Shown piece after piece: positions 1-8,602 of a stretch of 64,000 bases of DNA. The notes below the pieces were generated by a model. The model made no database searches. It was not told where the DNA came from and saw only the letters and a list, made by a program, of their open reading frames with translations. Source of the DNA: Alphaproteobacteria bacterium. Lineage in GTDB: Bacteria; Pseudomonadota; Alphaproteobacteria; RF32; CAG-239. The stretch lies in NCBI GenBank assembly GCA_017961285.1, contig JAGCXO010000036.1, positions 9,277 through 73,276 of the forward strand, given 5' to 3'. Numbering within the stretch: position 1 is the stretch's first letter; every line of letters begins with the position of its first letter. Both the position numbers and the translations under genes were made by a program.

Positions 1-12
1 ATTTTTTTTGAG

Positions 13-276
13 ATGGGAATTTTTTATAATTTGTTTTTGGGATATTTTGTCGGGTATTATATTGATGCCGTTTTTTCGCAAATTCATGAAAAACAGACCG
101 ATCTCATAGAGCTTGGTCCGGCATTTTGTTTGATGTTTCTACCCAGTGCAAATTTGTGGATGATGGGCAATTTGCTGGCCTATAACACAAAGGCTTGGGA
201 TGGTTTTGTGCTTTATCAAAAGCTGTTGTGGCACAGCAATTTAGCGAACTGGGGAACGTTTTTCAGTTTTTTGTGA
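13..276 (+). CDS. hypothetical hydrophobic protein, probably the C-terminal part of a gene running off the left edge
   Basis: The frame is open from position 1, with no stop before the first ATG. The product is rich in aromatic and hydrophobic residues. No family recognised. Confidence 0.25.
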   Translation: MGIFYNLFLGYFVGYYIDAVFSQIHEKQTDLIELGPAFCLMFLPSANLWMMGNLLAYNTKAWDGFVLYQKLLWHSNLANWGTFFSFL

Positions 277-286
277 ATGATGTTTT

Positions 287-1153
287 CTAGAGCGCATTCA
301 AGGTTTTTTTGTTCTGTTCTTTTAGAATTTGTAAGTTAGTGTAGTCAATGATGAGATAGCTTTTCCCTTCTCCGTCAACGTTGACGCTCAGCACAACTCC
401 AACCTTTTGGTTCTCGTATGTAGAATATAGAACTGCTTCGCCGCTTTGCAGTTGGGCCAAAAAGTTTTTGTTGCCTATCGGTTCTTCATATTTTTCGATT
501 TCTATTTGCTCTTTACCTTTTTCATCAACGGTTTTCTTTTCTATTTCAGAAATTTTCGGAGTATAATATTGTTTTTCATTGCCGTATTTTTCGTTTAGAA
601 GTTTTTGATATTGTTGATATAGCTGCATAATTTTTGAAGCATCGGGAGTGTCTTGTGCCGGATTGCCATAGCCGATAATGCGCCATAAAATATTGTCTTC
701 ACCCAGAGTGATATATACTTTGGCGATGTCGGGAATGTGTTTGGGCAGGTTTGTTGCTATAAAACTGTTAGGATAATCTTTTATCGGGGTTTTGACTAAA
801 TCTACTCCCAGCTCTTTTATTTGGTCATAGGTTGCGCCCCACGGCAATCCGAAAGGTCCTTCACCGTATTTATTTTCTTTTGCCGAGAAATCATGAATAG
901 ATGGTCTTGTGTAGTTATTTTTTCTTTTTATGTGGCCTATCGGTTTGGTAAAATTTCCGGCATCATCAAGTTGGAGATATTCGACTTGCTGGTCAAGTAA
1001 ACTACCGGCTTTTGTTTTGGCGCGTCCGGCAGTTTCTTCAAGTTTTGTATCTTGTGAAATCAGAATATCTTCATAAAAGTCGGAATCGTCTTTTGCAATG
1101 CTTTTAGTGCTGATGATGCAGGTTATGGCAATGGTAAGAAAAAATTTCAACAT
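287..1153 (-). CDS. hypothetical secreted protein
   Basis: Long ORF. The internal ATG at 1153 is preceded by AGAGGA. The product starts MLKFFLTIAITCIISTKSIA, which looks like a signal peptide. No family recognised. Confidence 0.5.
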   Translation of the reverse strand: MLKFFLTIAITCIISTKSIAKDDSDFYEDILISQDTKLEETAGRAKTKAGSLLDQQVEYLQLDDAGNFTKPIGHIKRKNNYTRPSIHDFSAKENKYGEGPFGLPWGATYDQIKELGVDLVKTPIKDYPNSFIATNLPKHIPDIAKVYITLGEDNILWRIIGYGNPAQDTPDASKIMQLYQQYQKLLNEKYGNEKQYYTPKISEIEKKTVDEKGKEQIEIEKYEEPIGNKNFLAQLQSGEAVLYSTYENQKVGVVLSVNVDGEGKSYLIIDYTNLQILKEQNKKTLNAL

Positions 1154-1241
1154 AAAATTATCCTCTTTTGATATAAAAAAATTGAACACTGTTCTTAATT
1201 GTTTTATACTAGCTTGGAAATTGCAAAAAAAATGTTAAAAT

Positions 1242-1850
1242 ATGGGTAAAATGCAAAATATAAAAGATGAAATTCATGCAAAATTGTTAAAAGCCGGCAG
1301 ATGTTTGGTGTGTGAAAAAGGAACCGAATTTTTAACTGCGCGAAAACTTTCGGAAGCTTCGGGCTGTTCTATCGGCACAATTTATAACCAATTTAGCAAT
1401 ATGGATGAGTTTATTGCCGAACAAAACGAAATGACACTAAATGAGCTTTTTGTTCTTTTGGCACAGGGAAAATATGCGACAGACAGTTATGCGAATTTGA
1501 ATGTTATGGCAGACTTGTTTGCAAAATTTATTTTAGACAACAAGCAGTTATGGTTTTTGCTTTATAATTTTCATTTTCAACATGCGGCCTATAAATTTTC
1601 GTATAAGTATAAAAGGATTTTGTTAAAAGCAATCAATTTTGCGAATCGAGATTTTTATAACCTGTTTGCAAATTTGGAAAAACAAAAAGCAAAGACTATG
1701 CGGAATATTTTGTTGTTTTCTTTTGCAGGATTGAGCGCGGTGCTTTCAAGTGATGTACTTTCAGCAAGTAAAAATATTTCTCCGCAGCAAATTGCAAAAA
1801 TTTTCTTGAATGTTTTTTTGGCAGGCACAAAAGTTTTGGAAGAGCAGTGA
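1242..1850 (+). CDS. TetR-family transcriptional regulator
   Basis: N-terminal HTH typical of TetR (TARKLSEASGCSIGTIYNQFSNMDEF). About 200 aa, helical C-terminal part. Confidence 0.8.
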   Translation: MGKMQNIKDEIHAKLLKAGRCLVCEKGTEFLTARKLSEASGCSIGTIYNQFSNMDEFIAEQNEMTLNELFVLLAQGKYATDSYANLNVMADLFAKFILDNKQLWFLLYNFHFQHAAYKFSYKYKRILLKAINFANRDFYNLFANLEKQKAKTMRNILLFSFAGLSAVLSSDVLSASKNISPQQIAKIFLNVFLAGTKVLEEQ

Positions 1851-1851
1851 T

Positions 1852-2412
1852 ATGAATTTTATTGGTGAAATTTTGTATGATTTTAATAAAATGATTAATG
1901 ATCCGGATATTTTGCTGCCGTTGGTTAATAACCGTTTTATTATGATTTTGCTGGTTATTGTTTTGTTGCATTTAAAATATAAAACTTATAGCAGTATGTG
2001 GGCGAGTGCGTTGGTGAATATTCCGGGAACACTGTTGCATGAGTTTATGCATTTTATTGTCGGATTGGTTTTGAATGCGCAACCTTCAAACTTTTGCCTT
2101 GTCCCCAGAAAAGGTGCTGACGGCACTTATGTTATGGGGAGTGTCGGTTTTAGGAATATTACTTTTTATAATGCAATTCCTTCGGCTTTGGCTCCGCTGT
2201 TGCTGTTGTTTGTCGGTTTTTATCTTAATCGCTATTGGTTGCCGAGAATCAATTTGACGGCCATAAATTATGTCGGCTATGTTTTTTTGCAGACCATAAT
2301 CATTGAAAATGCAATGCCTTCTTCGACAGATTTTAGGGTAGCAGGAAAATATTTTTTGGGCATTATTATATATTTGATCCTGTTTGTTTTTTTATTTGCT
2401 TTCTTCTTCTAG
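1852..2412 (+). CDS. small polytopic membrane protein with HExxH motif (M50/DUF3267-like putative metalloprotease)
   Basis: The ATG lies 1 nt after the tetR stop. HEFMH sits in a hydrophobic segment, with a later NAMPSSTD motif resembling the NxxPxxxxD second motif of site-2-protease-like enzymes. Several predicted TM helices. Confidence 0.45.
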   Translation: MNFIGEILYDFNKMINDPDILLPLVNNRFIMILLVIVLLHLKYKTYSSMWASALVNIPGTLLHEFMHFIVGLVLNAQPSNFCLVPRKGADGTYVMGSVGFRNITFYNAIPSALAPLLLLFVGFYLNRYWLPRINLTAINYVGYVFLQTIIIENAMPSSTDFRVAGKYFLGIIIYLILFVFLFAFFF

Positions 2413-3738
2413 ATATTTATCAATTTCTTCGGTAACTTTTTTGGCATCGCCATATAACATATAGGTGTTGGGGGCAAAAAAGAGAGGGTTTTCGGCTCCG
2501 GAATACCCTTTGCCCAATGAGCGTTTTACAAAAAATATGGTTTTGGCAGAAACAACATCTAAAACAGGCATACCATATAGAGGTGATGATGGATTGTTTT
2601 TGGCTTCGGGATTAGTGATGTCGTTTGCACCGATAACATATGCAACATCTGCTGTGGTAAATTCGCGATTTATGTCTTCCATTGCAAAAACATTTTTATA
2701 GTCCACATCGGCTTCGGCCAGCAAAACGTTCATATGTCCGGGCATACGTCCCGCAACAGGGTGAATTGCGTATTTTACATCAACACCGAATTTGTTTTGG
2801 AGTAAGTCGCTCATGGTTTTTAGTGCGTGTTGTGCAGAGGCGGCGGCCATACCGAATCCGGGAACAATGATTACTTTTTGTGAATTTTGCATTATAAAAG
2901 CGGCATCTCGCGGACTTCCGGCAATGGCATTTTTGTCGCCGACAAGTGTTGTGTCGGCAAGTTTTTTGGATTGGAAAAATATATTTTTTACGGAGGTATT
3001 CATAGACTTGGTCATTATATATGCCAAAATCGTGCCGCTGATGCCGACAATGGTGCCGACGGCTAACATTAAAATATTTTCTTGGGCGAAGCCAATGGCC
3101 GCAGAGGCAAATCCGGAAAAAGCGTTTAGAATTGAGATGACAATCGGCATATCTGCTCCGCCGACCGGCAATACAATTGTGATACCAAAAACAAAAGCGA
3201 CCAGTGCCAAAATGATGATGTTATAAAAAGAATTATTGAGGCAAAAGTTTATCCCTAATGATAATGTTATGATAAACAAGATAAAGTTAGTGGCGGCAAT
3301 TGAATTTGACTTTTGTATGCGAATTTTTATTTTTTCCTGAAGTTTTAGAAAAGCGATAAGCGAGCCGGAAAAAGTTATGCTTCCGATGGTGCAACCAAGA
3401 GGAATTGCTGCTGAGCATTCCGGAAAAATATCTGTCTCGCCAAAGGCAATGAAAACAGCGGCGCAGCCGCCTAGCCCGTTGAACATGGCTATCATTTGCG
3501 GTAGTTTGGTTATTTTGGCGGTATAACCGAAAAATATGCCGACAATTCCTCCAAGTGTTAATGTTATAATTATATAAAGTGCGTTTTGCGGCAAAGGGAA
3601 AAAGTCAAAAAATATAGCGATGCACATGCCTAAAATGCTTAATATTCCGCCTTGAACGGCAGTTTTGGGTGATGACATGAGGCGAAGCGATAAAATGAAA
3701 ATGCTTATGCAAAGAAGATATATGTAAGTTAATGTCAT
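2392..3738 (-). CDS. pntB: NAD(P) transhydrogenase subunit beta
   Basis: Polytopic N-terminus plus a C-terminal NADP(H) domain (GFGMAAA, HPVAGRMPGHMNVLLAEA, YGMPVL). The start at 3738 overlaps the upstream stop as ATGA. Confidence 0.9.
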   Translation of the reverse strand: MTLTYIYLLCISIFILSLRLMSSPKTAVQGGILSILGMCIAIFFDFFPLPQNALYIIITLTLGGIVGIFFGYTAKITKLPQMIAMFNGLGGCAAVFIAFGETDIFPECSAAIPLGCTIGSITFSGSLIAFLKLQEKIKIRIQKSNSIAATNFILFIITLSLGINFCLNNSFYNIIILALVAFVFGITIVLPVGGADMPIVISILNAFSGFASAAIGFAQENILMLAVGTIVGISGTILAYIMTKSMNTSVKNIFFQSKKLADTTLVGDKNAIAGSPRDAAFIMQNSQKVIIVPGFGMAAASAQHALKTMSDLLQNKFGVDVKYAIHPVAGRMPGHMNVLLAEADVDYKNVFAMEDINREFTTADVAYVIGANDITNPEAKNNPSSPLYGMPVLDVVSAKTIFFVKRSLGKGYSGAENPLFFAPNTYMLYGDAKKVTEEIDKYLEEESK

Positions 3739-4007
3739 TTGCGTTTGTCCTTTTTGTTGAACATGGCTAACATACGTGCAGAAACAGCGAATCCGCCAAA
3801 AATGTTGATTGAAGCCATAAATACGGCAATCAACCGCAACCAACTGTCGCCGCCTTCGGTTATGGCACCGAGAATGATGATACCGGATATAGCATTGGAG
3901 ATGCTCATTAAGGGAGAATATAAAGTCGGAGTGACACTCAATATTACGAAATAGCCGATAAAAATTGCCAATATAAAAATGGTAAAAAGTGTTGCGAAGT
4001 CCGTCAT
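3735..4007 (-). CDS. pntAB: NAD(P) transhydrogenase subunit alpha part 2 (membrane)
   Basis: 90-aa hydrophobic protein between pntAA and pntB, the split organisation typical of alphaproteobacteria. Coupled to pntB by an ATGA overlap. Confidence 0.85.
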   Translation of the reverse strand: MTDFATLFTIFILAIFIGYFVILSVTPTLYSPLMSISNAISGIIILGAITEGGDSWLRLIAVFMASINIFGGFAVSARMLAMFNKKDKRK

Positions 4008-4008
4008 T

Positions 4009-4971
4009 TTATGAGTGCTCCTTATATATTGATTTTATGATTTTATCTTGCATATTGATGGATAAATTTTGAGAATTTGCGTCATAAATAAGTTGGATAA
4101 GATTGTATAAATTGCGGGCAAATAGCCGGCTGGCAGAGTTGGAAATTTGGGAAGCAAGATTATATTCTCTTGATAAATTTTTGCTTTCTATTTTTTGTGA
4201 GACATTGCCGGAAATGTCGATTATAATTGTTGAGGGAGGAATTTTTTTGTAAATGTTTTCATCAATGAGAGTTGGTGAGTGAGGATATCTTCCGGCAGAA
4301 CAAATTATGATATCAAACTTTGGCAGAAAGTTTATAACAGTATCGGGAGAAATAAATTCTGCGCCGACAGACAGGGCTTGTTGAGAAGTTTCTTCTCGCA
4401 GATCTGTGGCAAAAACTTTTGCTCCCATGCGTTTGAATGTTGCGGCGGCTTGCAGGCCGGCAACTCCCAACCCCCATACAAAGACTTTTAAGGGTGGAAT
4501 TATGCCGGCGGCGGTTATCATCATCGGAACACAGCGGTTTGTTTTATTACAGGCAAGCAAAGTAGCTTTGTAGCCGGCAAGATTGTCTTGTGATGAAAGA
4601 ATATCTATGTCTTGGGCACGAGATAGACGAGGTATTTTTTCCAGTGCAATGACATTAAAATGAAAGTTTAAATTTGGGCAACGGCTGAAATCTGCGATGA
4701 TGAGCTGGTTGTTTTTTAATTGCAATTGTTCATCTTTGCTTGGAGCCCAGATTTTGAGAATTATGTTGCCGGTTGATAAAACTTCATTTGCCGTCGATTT
4801 TATTTTTACTGATTTTTTAAGATAAGAATCGTCGTCAAAGCCGGCATTTTTTCCGGCATTTTGCTCCATAATGATTTCAAAACCCTGATTGACTAATAGT
4901 TCTGCAATCTGTGGAGTTATGGCAACGCGATTTTCGCCTGCAGTTTGTTCTTTGATGACACCTATTATCAT
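4009..4971 (-). CDS. pntAA: NAD(P) transhydrogenase subunit alpha part 1 (short form)
   Basis: Alanine-dehydrogenase/PNT-like N-terminus (IGVIKEQTAGENRVAITP) and Rossmann loop (VWGLGVAGLQAAAT). At 320 aa it looks shorter than the usual length of about 380 aa. Confidence 0.8.
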   Translation of the reverse strand: MIIGVIKEQTAGENRVAITPQIAELLVNQGFEIIMEQNAGKNAGFDDDSYLKKSVKIKSTANEVLSTGNIILKIWAPSKDEQLQLKNNQLIIADFSRCPNLNFHFNVIALEKIPRLSRAQDIDILSSQDNLAGYKATLLACNKTNRCVPMMITAAGIIPPLKVFVWGLGVAGLQAAATFKRMGAKVFATDLREETSQQALSVGAEFISPDTVINFLPKFDIIICSAGRYPHSPTLIDENIYKKIPPSTIIIDISGNVSQKIESKNLSREYNLASQISNSASRLFARNLYNLIQLIYDANSQNLSINMQDKIIKSIYKEHS

Positions 4972-5032
4972 TTTTACCTCGTTTTTGTTTTGATATAATT
5001 ATGAAAAAATTTTTTGAAACGAGGAGGGGCAC

Positions 5033-5062
5033 AAAAAAATGGGAGAAAATCTCCCATTTTTT
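5033..5062 (-). terminator. intrinsic terminator hairpin downstream of gapR (A/T runs on both sides)
   Basis: The stem-loop ATGGGAG-aaaat-CTCCCAT is flanked by an A-run and a T-run. Confidence 0.6.
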
Positions 5063-5081
5063 GCTTTATTATAAATCGGTA

Positions 5082-5324
5082 TTATAAATCAAGTGCTTTG
5101 CGGTAGGTGTCGAGCAAATATTCCTGTTCTTCGCGGTCACTGGCATTCATCTTGCGCAGTTTGATGATGGTGCGCATAATTTTGGTATCGAATCCGGCTG
5201 ATTTTGCTTCGGCATAAACATCACGAATATCGCTGCCGAGAGCTTTTTTTTCTTCTTCCAAACGCTCAATACGTTCAATCAGTGAGCGCAAGCGATCTGA
5301 GGCAATTCCACCAACTTCGGTCAT
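5082..5324 (-). CDS. gapR: GapR / DUF2312 (UPF0335) nucleoid-associated protein
   Basis: The sequence LRSLIERIERLEEEKKALGSDIRDVYAEAKSAGFDTKIMRTIIKLRK is the hallmark of DUF2312. The ATG at 5324 is preceded by GGAGAA. Confidence 0.8.
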   Translation of the reverse strand: MTEVGGIASDRLRSLIERIERLEEEKKALGSDIRDVYAEAKSAGFDTKIMRTIIKLRKMNASDREEQEYLLDTYRKALDL

Positions 5325-5465
5325 TTGTTTTCTCCATAAAATATTAAAGTTATTGCTGAGGAGATTAGCAAAAGCATATCGGCTTGACAAGAAAAAATTA
5401 TATTTACCAAAAATAAAATAATCTTGTGATAATCTGCATAAAGGAAAAATCTTGAGGAAAAAAAT

Positions 5466-6890
5466 ATGCCCAGAAAATCATATACTCATATATTGGCAAC
5501 ATTAGGCCCTTCTTCGGAAACGGAGGAAAAAATTTCGGCGTTAATTGATGCCGGTGCAGATGCTTTTCGTTTTAATTTCAGTCATGGAACTCATAAAGAA
5601 CACAAAGAAAGGTTTGCCATTGTCCGCAAGTTGGCAAATAAAAAATCATTGCATGTGGCGATTGTGGCTGATTTGCAAGGACCAAAGCTTAGGGTGGCCG
5701 AGTTTAAGAAAGATAAAGTTTTGCTGAAAGAGGGGCAAAAATTTGTTTTGGATATGAAAAAAGAGCTCGGTGATGAAAGCAGAGTGTGTTTGCCGCATAA
5801 GGAAATTTTTGCGGCGATTAAGGTTGGTGATGAGTTGTTATTAAATGATGGCAACATTGTTTTGGAAATTTTGAAAAAAACTTCTGACAGTGCGCTTACT
5901 TTGGTAAAAGTCGGCGGTGAATTGTCAAGTCATAAGGGGGTTAATCTGCCAAATGTTAAGTTGCCGATTTCGGCGATTACGGAAAAAGACAGAGAAGATC
6001 TTAAATTTGCTTTGAAACTGGGTGTTGATTGGGTTTGTTTGTCTTTTGTGCAGTCGGCGGACGATGTGCGCGAGGCAAGAAAACTTATCGGTGATAAAGC
6101 GATGATAATTTCAAAGTTGGAAAAACCGAGTGCGATTGCTGAGCTGGAAGAAATTATCAAATTGTCAGACGGTATTATGGTGGCAAGAGGAGATTTGGGA
6201 GTTGAATGCCCGTTGCAGACAGTGCCTGTATTGCAGAAGAAAATTGTTAATGCATGCCGCCGCCATGCCAGACCGGTGATTGTGGCGACACAAATGCTCG
6301 AATCGATGATTCAAAAGCCAACTCCGACAAGAGCAGAAGTATCAGACGTGGCAACAGCGGTTTATGACGGATGTGATGCGGTGATGCTTTCGGCAGAAAC
6401 GGCAGCGGGAAAATATCCGGTGCAGGCCGTAAAAATGATGAGCAAAATCATCACTCAAGTTGAGGCAGATCCTTTGTTTATGAGCAATGCAAAAGATGCA
6501 CTTATTGCAAATAAATATATGAATGAAGCAGATTCAATAGCTTATGCGGCAAGTAAAATTGCTAAAGTATTGGATAAAGTTGCGGCGATAGTTACTTATA
6601 CTTCTTCGGGAAGAACAACGTTTTTGATTGCAAGGGAAAGAACAAAAATTCCAATTGTCGCTCTGACGGCAGAAGATAAAGTTGCACAGCAGATGGCTTT
6701 GGTCTGGGGAGCAAAATCGTTTGTTAAAAAAAGATATTTTTCCAGTTTTGCAAAGTTTGAAGAAAATGCAGTTAAGTTGGTAAAAGAAAACGGTTTGGCA
6801 AAGCCCGGCGATCATATTATTATTACCGGTGGTTTTCCGCTGGGAGTTAGGGGAAGAACAAATATTTTGCATACAGTGCATATAAAATAG
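5466..6890 (+). CDS. pyk: pyruvate kinase
   Basis: TLGPS, FRFNFSHG, DLQGPKLR, MVARGDLGVE and MLSAETAAGKYP motifs. 474 aa. Confidence 0.95.
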   Translation: MPRKSYTHILATLGPSSETEEKISALIDAGADAFRFNFSHGTHKEHKERFAIVRKLANKKSLHVAIVADLQGPKLRVAEFKKDKVLLKEGQKFVLDMKKELGDESRVCLPHKEIFAAIKVGDELLLNDGNIVLEILKKTSDSALTLVKVGGELSSHKGVNLPNVKLPISAITEKDREDLKFALKLGVDWVCLSFVQSADDVREARKLIGDKAMIISKLEKPSAIAELEEIIKLSDGIMVARGDLGVECPLQTVPVLQKKIVNACRRHARPVIVATQMLESMIQKPTPTRAEVSDVATAVYDGCDAVMLSAETAAGKYPVQAVKMMSKIITQVEADPLFMSNAKDALIANKYMNEADSIAYAASKIAKVLDKVAAIVTYTSSGRTTFLIARERTKIPIVALTAEDKVAQQMALVWGAKSFVKKRYFSSFAKFEENAVKLVKENGLAKPGDHIIITGGFPLGVRGRTNILHTVHIK

Positions 6891-6914
6891 TTTGTAAAAT
6901 TTTGTTCTTTAATT

Positions 6915-6948
6915 AAAAAAAAAGCTCCCGAATCGAGAGCTTTTTTTT
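6915..6948. terminator. bidirectional terminator between convergent pyk and rplI
   Basis: A-run, then hairpin AAAGCTCCCG-aat-CGAGAGCTTT (one mismatch), then T-run. Confidence 0.6.
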
Positions 6949-6964
6949 AATGGATGAAATCAAC

Positions 6965-7450
6965 TTATTCTTTATTATAGTTGTTTTCTTGCTTTTTTGC
7001 CTCATCTTCAGTGCGGGCAACGTTGACCAAAATGGTTTGAGAAACTTCAGGGTGCAAATTGATGCTAACCTTATAGACTCCCAAATCTTTGATAGGACGT
7101 TCCAAAGAGATGAAACGACGCTCAACGTTTTTGCCGGCTTCTTTCATGGCAGCAGCAATGTCTCTGATGCTGACAGAACCATAAAGTTGTCCGGTTTCGG
7201 CGGCTTGACGAATGAGAACAATCTTAAAGCCTTGCAAATCTTCGGCCTGCTTGGTAGCATTGTCGAACAAAGATTTGTTGTGAGCTTCGAGCTCGGCTTT
7301 TTGATGCTCATAAACGGCCAAGTTAGCTTCGGTTGCACGAAGAGCTTTTTTGGCAGGCAAAAGATAGTTGCGAGCGTAACCGTTTTTTACGGTAACTTTG
7401 TCGCCCATTTTACCCAATTTATTAACGTGTTCCAAAAGAATTACTTCCAT
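6965..7450 (-). CDS. rplI: 50S ribosomal protein L9
   Basis: The N-terminus MEVILLEHVNKLGKMGDKVTVKNGYARNYLLP is canonical L9. It follows rpsR. Confidence 0.95.
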   Translation of the reverse strand: MEVILLEHVNKLGKMGDKVTVKNGYARNYLLPAKKALRATEANLAVYEHQKAELEAHNKSLFDNATKQAEDLQGFKIVLIRQAAETGQLYGSVSIRDIAAAMKEAGKNVERRFISLERPIKDLGVYKVSINLHPEVSQTILVNVARTEDEAKKQENNYNKE

Positions 7451-7461
7451 TTCCGTTCTCC

Positions 7462-7686
7462 TTAATCTGCAACAAACGGAAGAAGAGCAATGTAGCGAGC
7501 GCGTTTGATAGCCAATGCCAATTCTCTTTGCTTCTTTGCTGAAACGTTAGTGATGCGGCTGGGAATAATTTTGCCTTTTTCGGAGATGTAACGGCTCAAG
7601 AGCTTTACGTCTTTGTAGTCGATTTTCAAAGCATCTTCACCGGAAAAAGGGCAGCCTTTTTTCTTTGAATTTTGAGTATTGGTCAT
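7462..7686 (-). CDS. rpsR: 30S ribosomal protein S18
   Basis: The sequence [49 protein letters not shown] is canonical S18. Confidence 0.95.
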   Translation of the reverse strand: MTNTQNSKKKGCPFSGEDALKIDYKDVKLLSRYISEKGKIIPSRITNVSAKKQRELALAIKRARYIALLPFVAD

Positions 7687-7691
7687 GTCTG

Positions 7692-8033
7692 TTACTCCGC
7701 TTCTTCTAAAGGTTCTTTGTCATCAGAAGATGAAACTCCTTCAGAGAATTCATCAACTTTCAAGGTCATATAACGGATGATGTCTTCGTTAAAGCGCATA
7801 ACGCGTTCATACTCCGCAATGGCAGAAGCCGGAGCCTCGATGTTCAAAAGAACATAATGACCTTTACGATTTTTTTTGATGCGATAAGCTAGAGTTTTTA
7901 AACCCCAGTTATCAACTCTTACAACTTCGCCGCCTTCTTTTTTGATTGTGTCTGAAAGATCAGATACAATACTGTTTACTTGAGAGGCGCCGAGATCCTG
8001 ACGTGCAATCAGCACGCTTTCATATTTTTGCAT
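7692..8033 (-). CDS. rpsF: 30S ribosomal protein S6
   Basis: [13 protein letters not shown]...[25 protein letters not shown], followed by an acidic tail. First gene of the rpsF-rpsR-rplI cluster. Confidence 0.95.
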   Translation of the reverse strand: MQKYESVLIARQDLGASQVNSIVSDLSDTIKKEGGEVVRVDNWGLKTLAYRIKKNRKGHYVLLNIEAPASAIAEYERVMRFNEDIIRYMTLKVDEFSEGVSSSDDKEPLEEAE

Positions 8034-8064
8034 ATATAAATCTCCTTATGGATTCTCAACAAAA

Positions 8065-8112
8065 CCCTTGTAAAACAAGGGCAACTCTATGTATAGCCGA
8101 GATAAACTCGGC
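8065..8112 (-). promoter_or_regulatory. two small hairpins in the rpsF 5' leader (possible S6:S18 autoregulatory leader)
   Basis: Hairpins CCCTTG-taaaa-CAAGGG (8065-8081) and GCCGAG-ataaa-CTCGGC (8096-8112) lie 30-80 nt upstream of the rpsF start. The assignment to the known rpsF leader class is inference only. Confidence 0.25.
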
Positions 8113-8241
8113 AAGGGACGTCGCTTAATATACCCTAAAACTTTATTTTGGCAAGCTTTTTTTTGATAAAACTTAATTTATTATTGCAAAAATCGATAAA
8201 AATAAGTATTATTCGAAAAAAATATGTTAAGGATATAAAAA

Positions 8242-8601
8242 ATGCGATACATGAAAGCTGTTTTGTTGGTGTTTGCGGCGCTGGTCTTGCAGGCTTGTCA
8301 GGGCGATAGGGCGTGCAAAGATTATTGGGATTGTGTTGAAAGCGCGGAAGATATTGTAATTGCAACAACACCGCAAAATGTTAAACATGTCATTTTTTTG
8401 GTTAACCAACATACAGGTGATATTGCTTGTTGCCAAGACACTCCGGAAGTTAGTGCTGAGCAATGTGCTCAGGCTTTGGAGGCTGATTGTTTTAGAAGAA
8501 TAGAGGATATTCCATACGGGATTGCCGAGAAAGATTTTTTGAAGAATGGAACATATCCTACACGTCGTTGGCGTGAGGGTGAAACTTCTCCAAGGTGGTA
8601 G
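8242..8601 (+). CDS. small Cys-rich lipoprotein (hypothetical)
   Basis: Lipobox-like N-terminus MKAVLLVFAALVLQAC. About 8 Cys in the mature part. The stop is 1 nt before the comM start. Confidence 0.5.
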   Translation: MRYMKAVLLVFAALVLQACQGDRACKDYWDCVESAEDIVIATTPQNVKHVIFLVNQHTGDIACCQDTPEVSAEQCAQALEADCFRRIEDIPYGIAEKDFLKNGTYPTRRWREGETSPRW

Positions 8602-8602
8602 A

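Noticed and set aside
8034-8241. I searched for an alphaproteobacterial LexA box (GTTC-N7-GTTC) upstream of the lipoprotein-comM unit and upstream of parE (26605-26703).
   Set aside because: No direct-repeat GTTC/GAAC pair with 7-nt spacing was seen by eye in either region.
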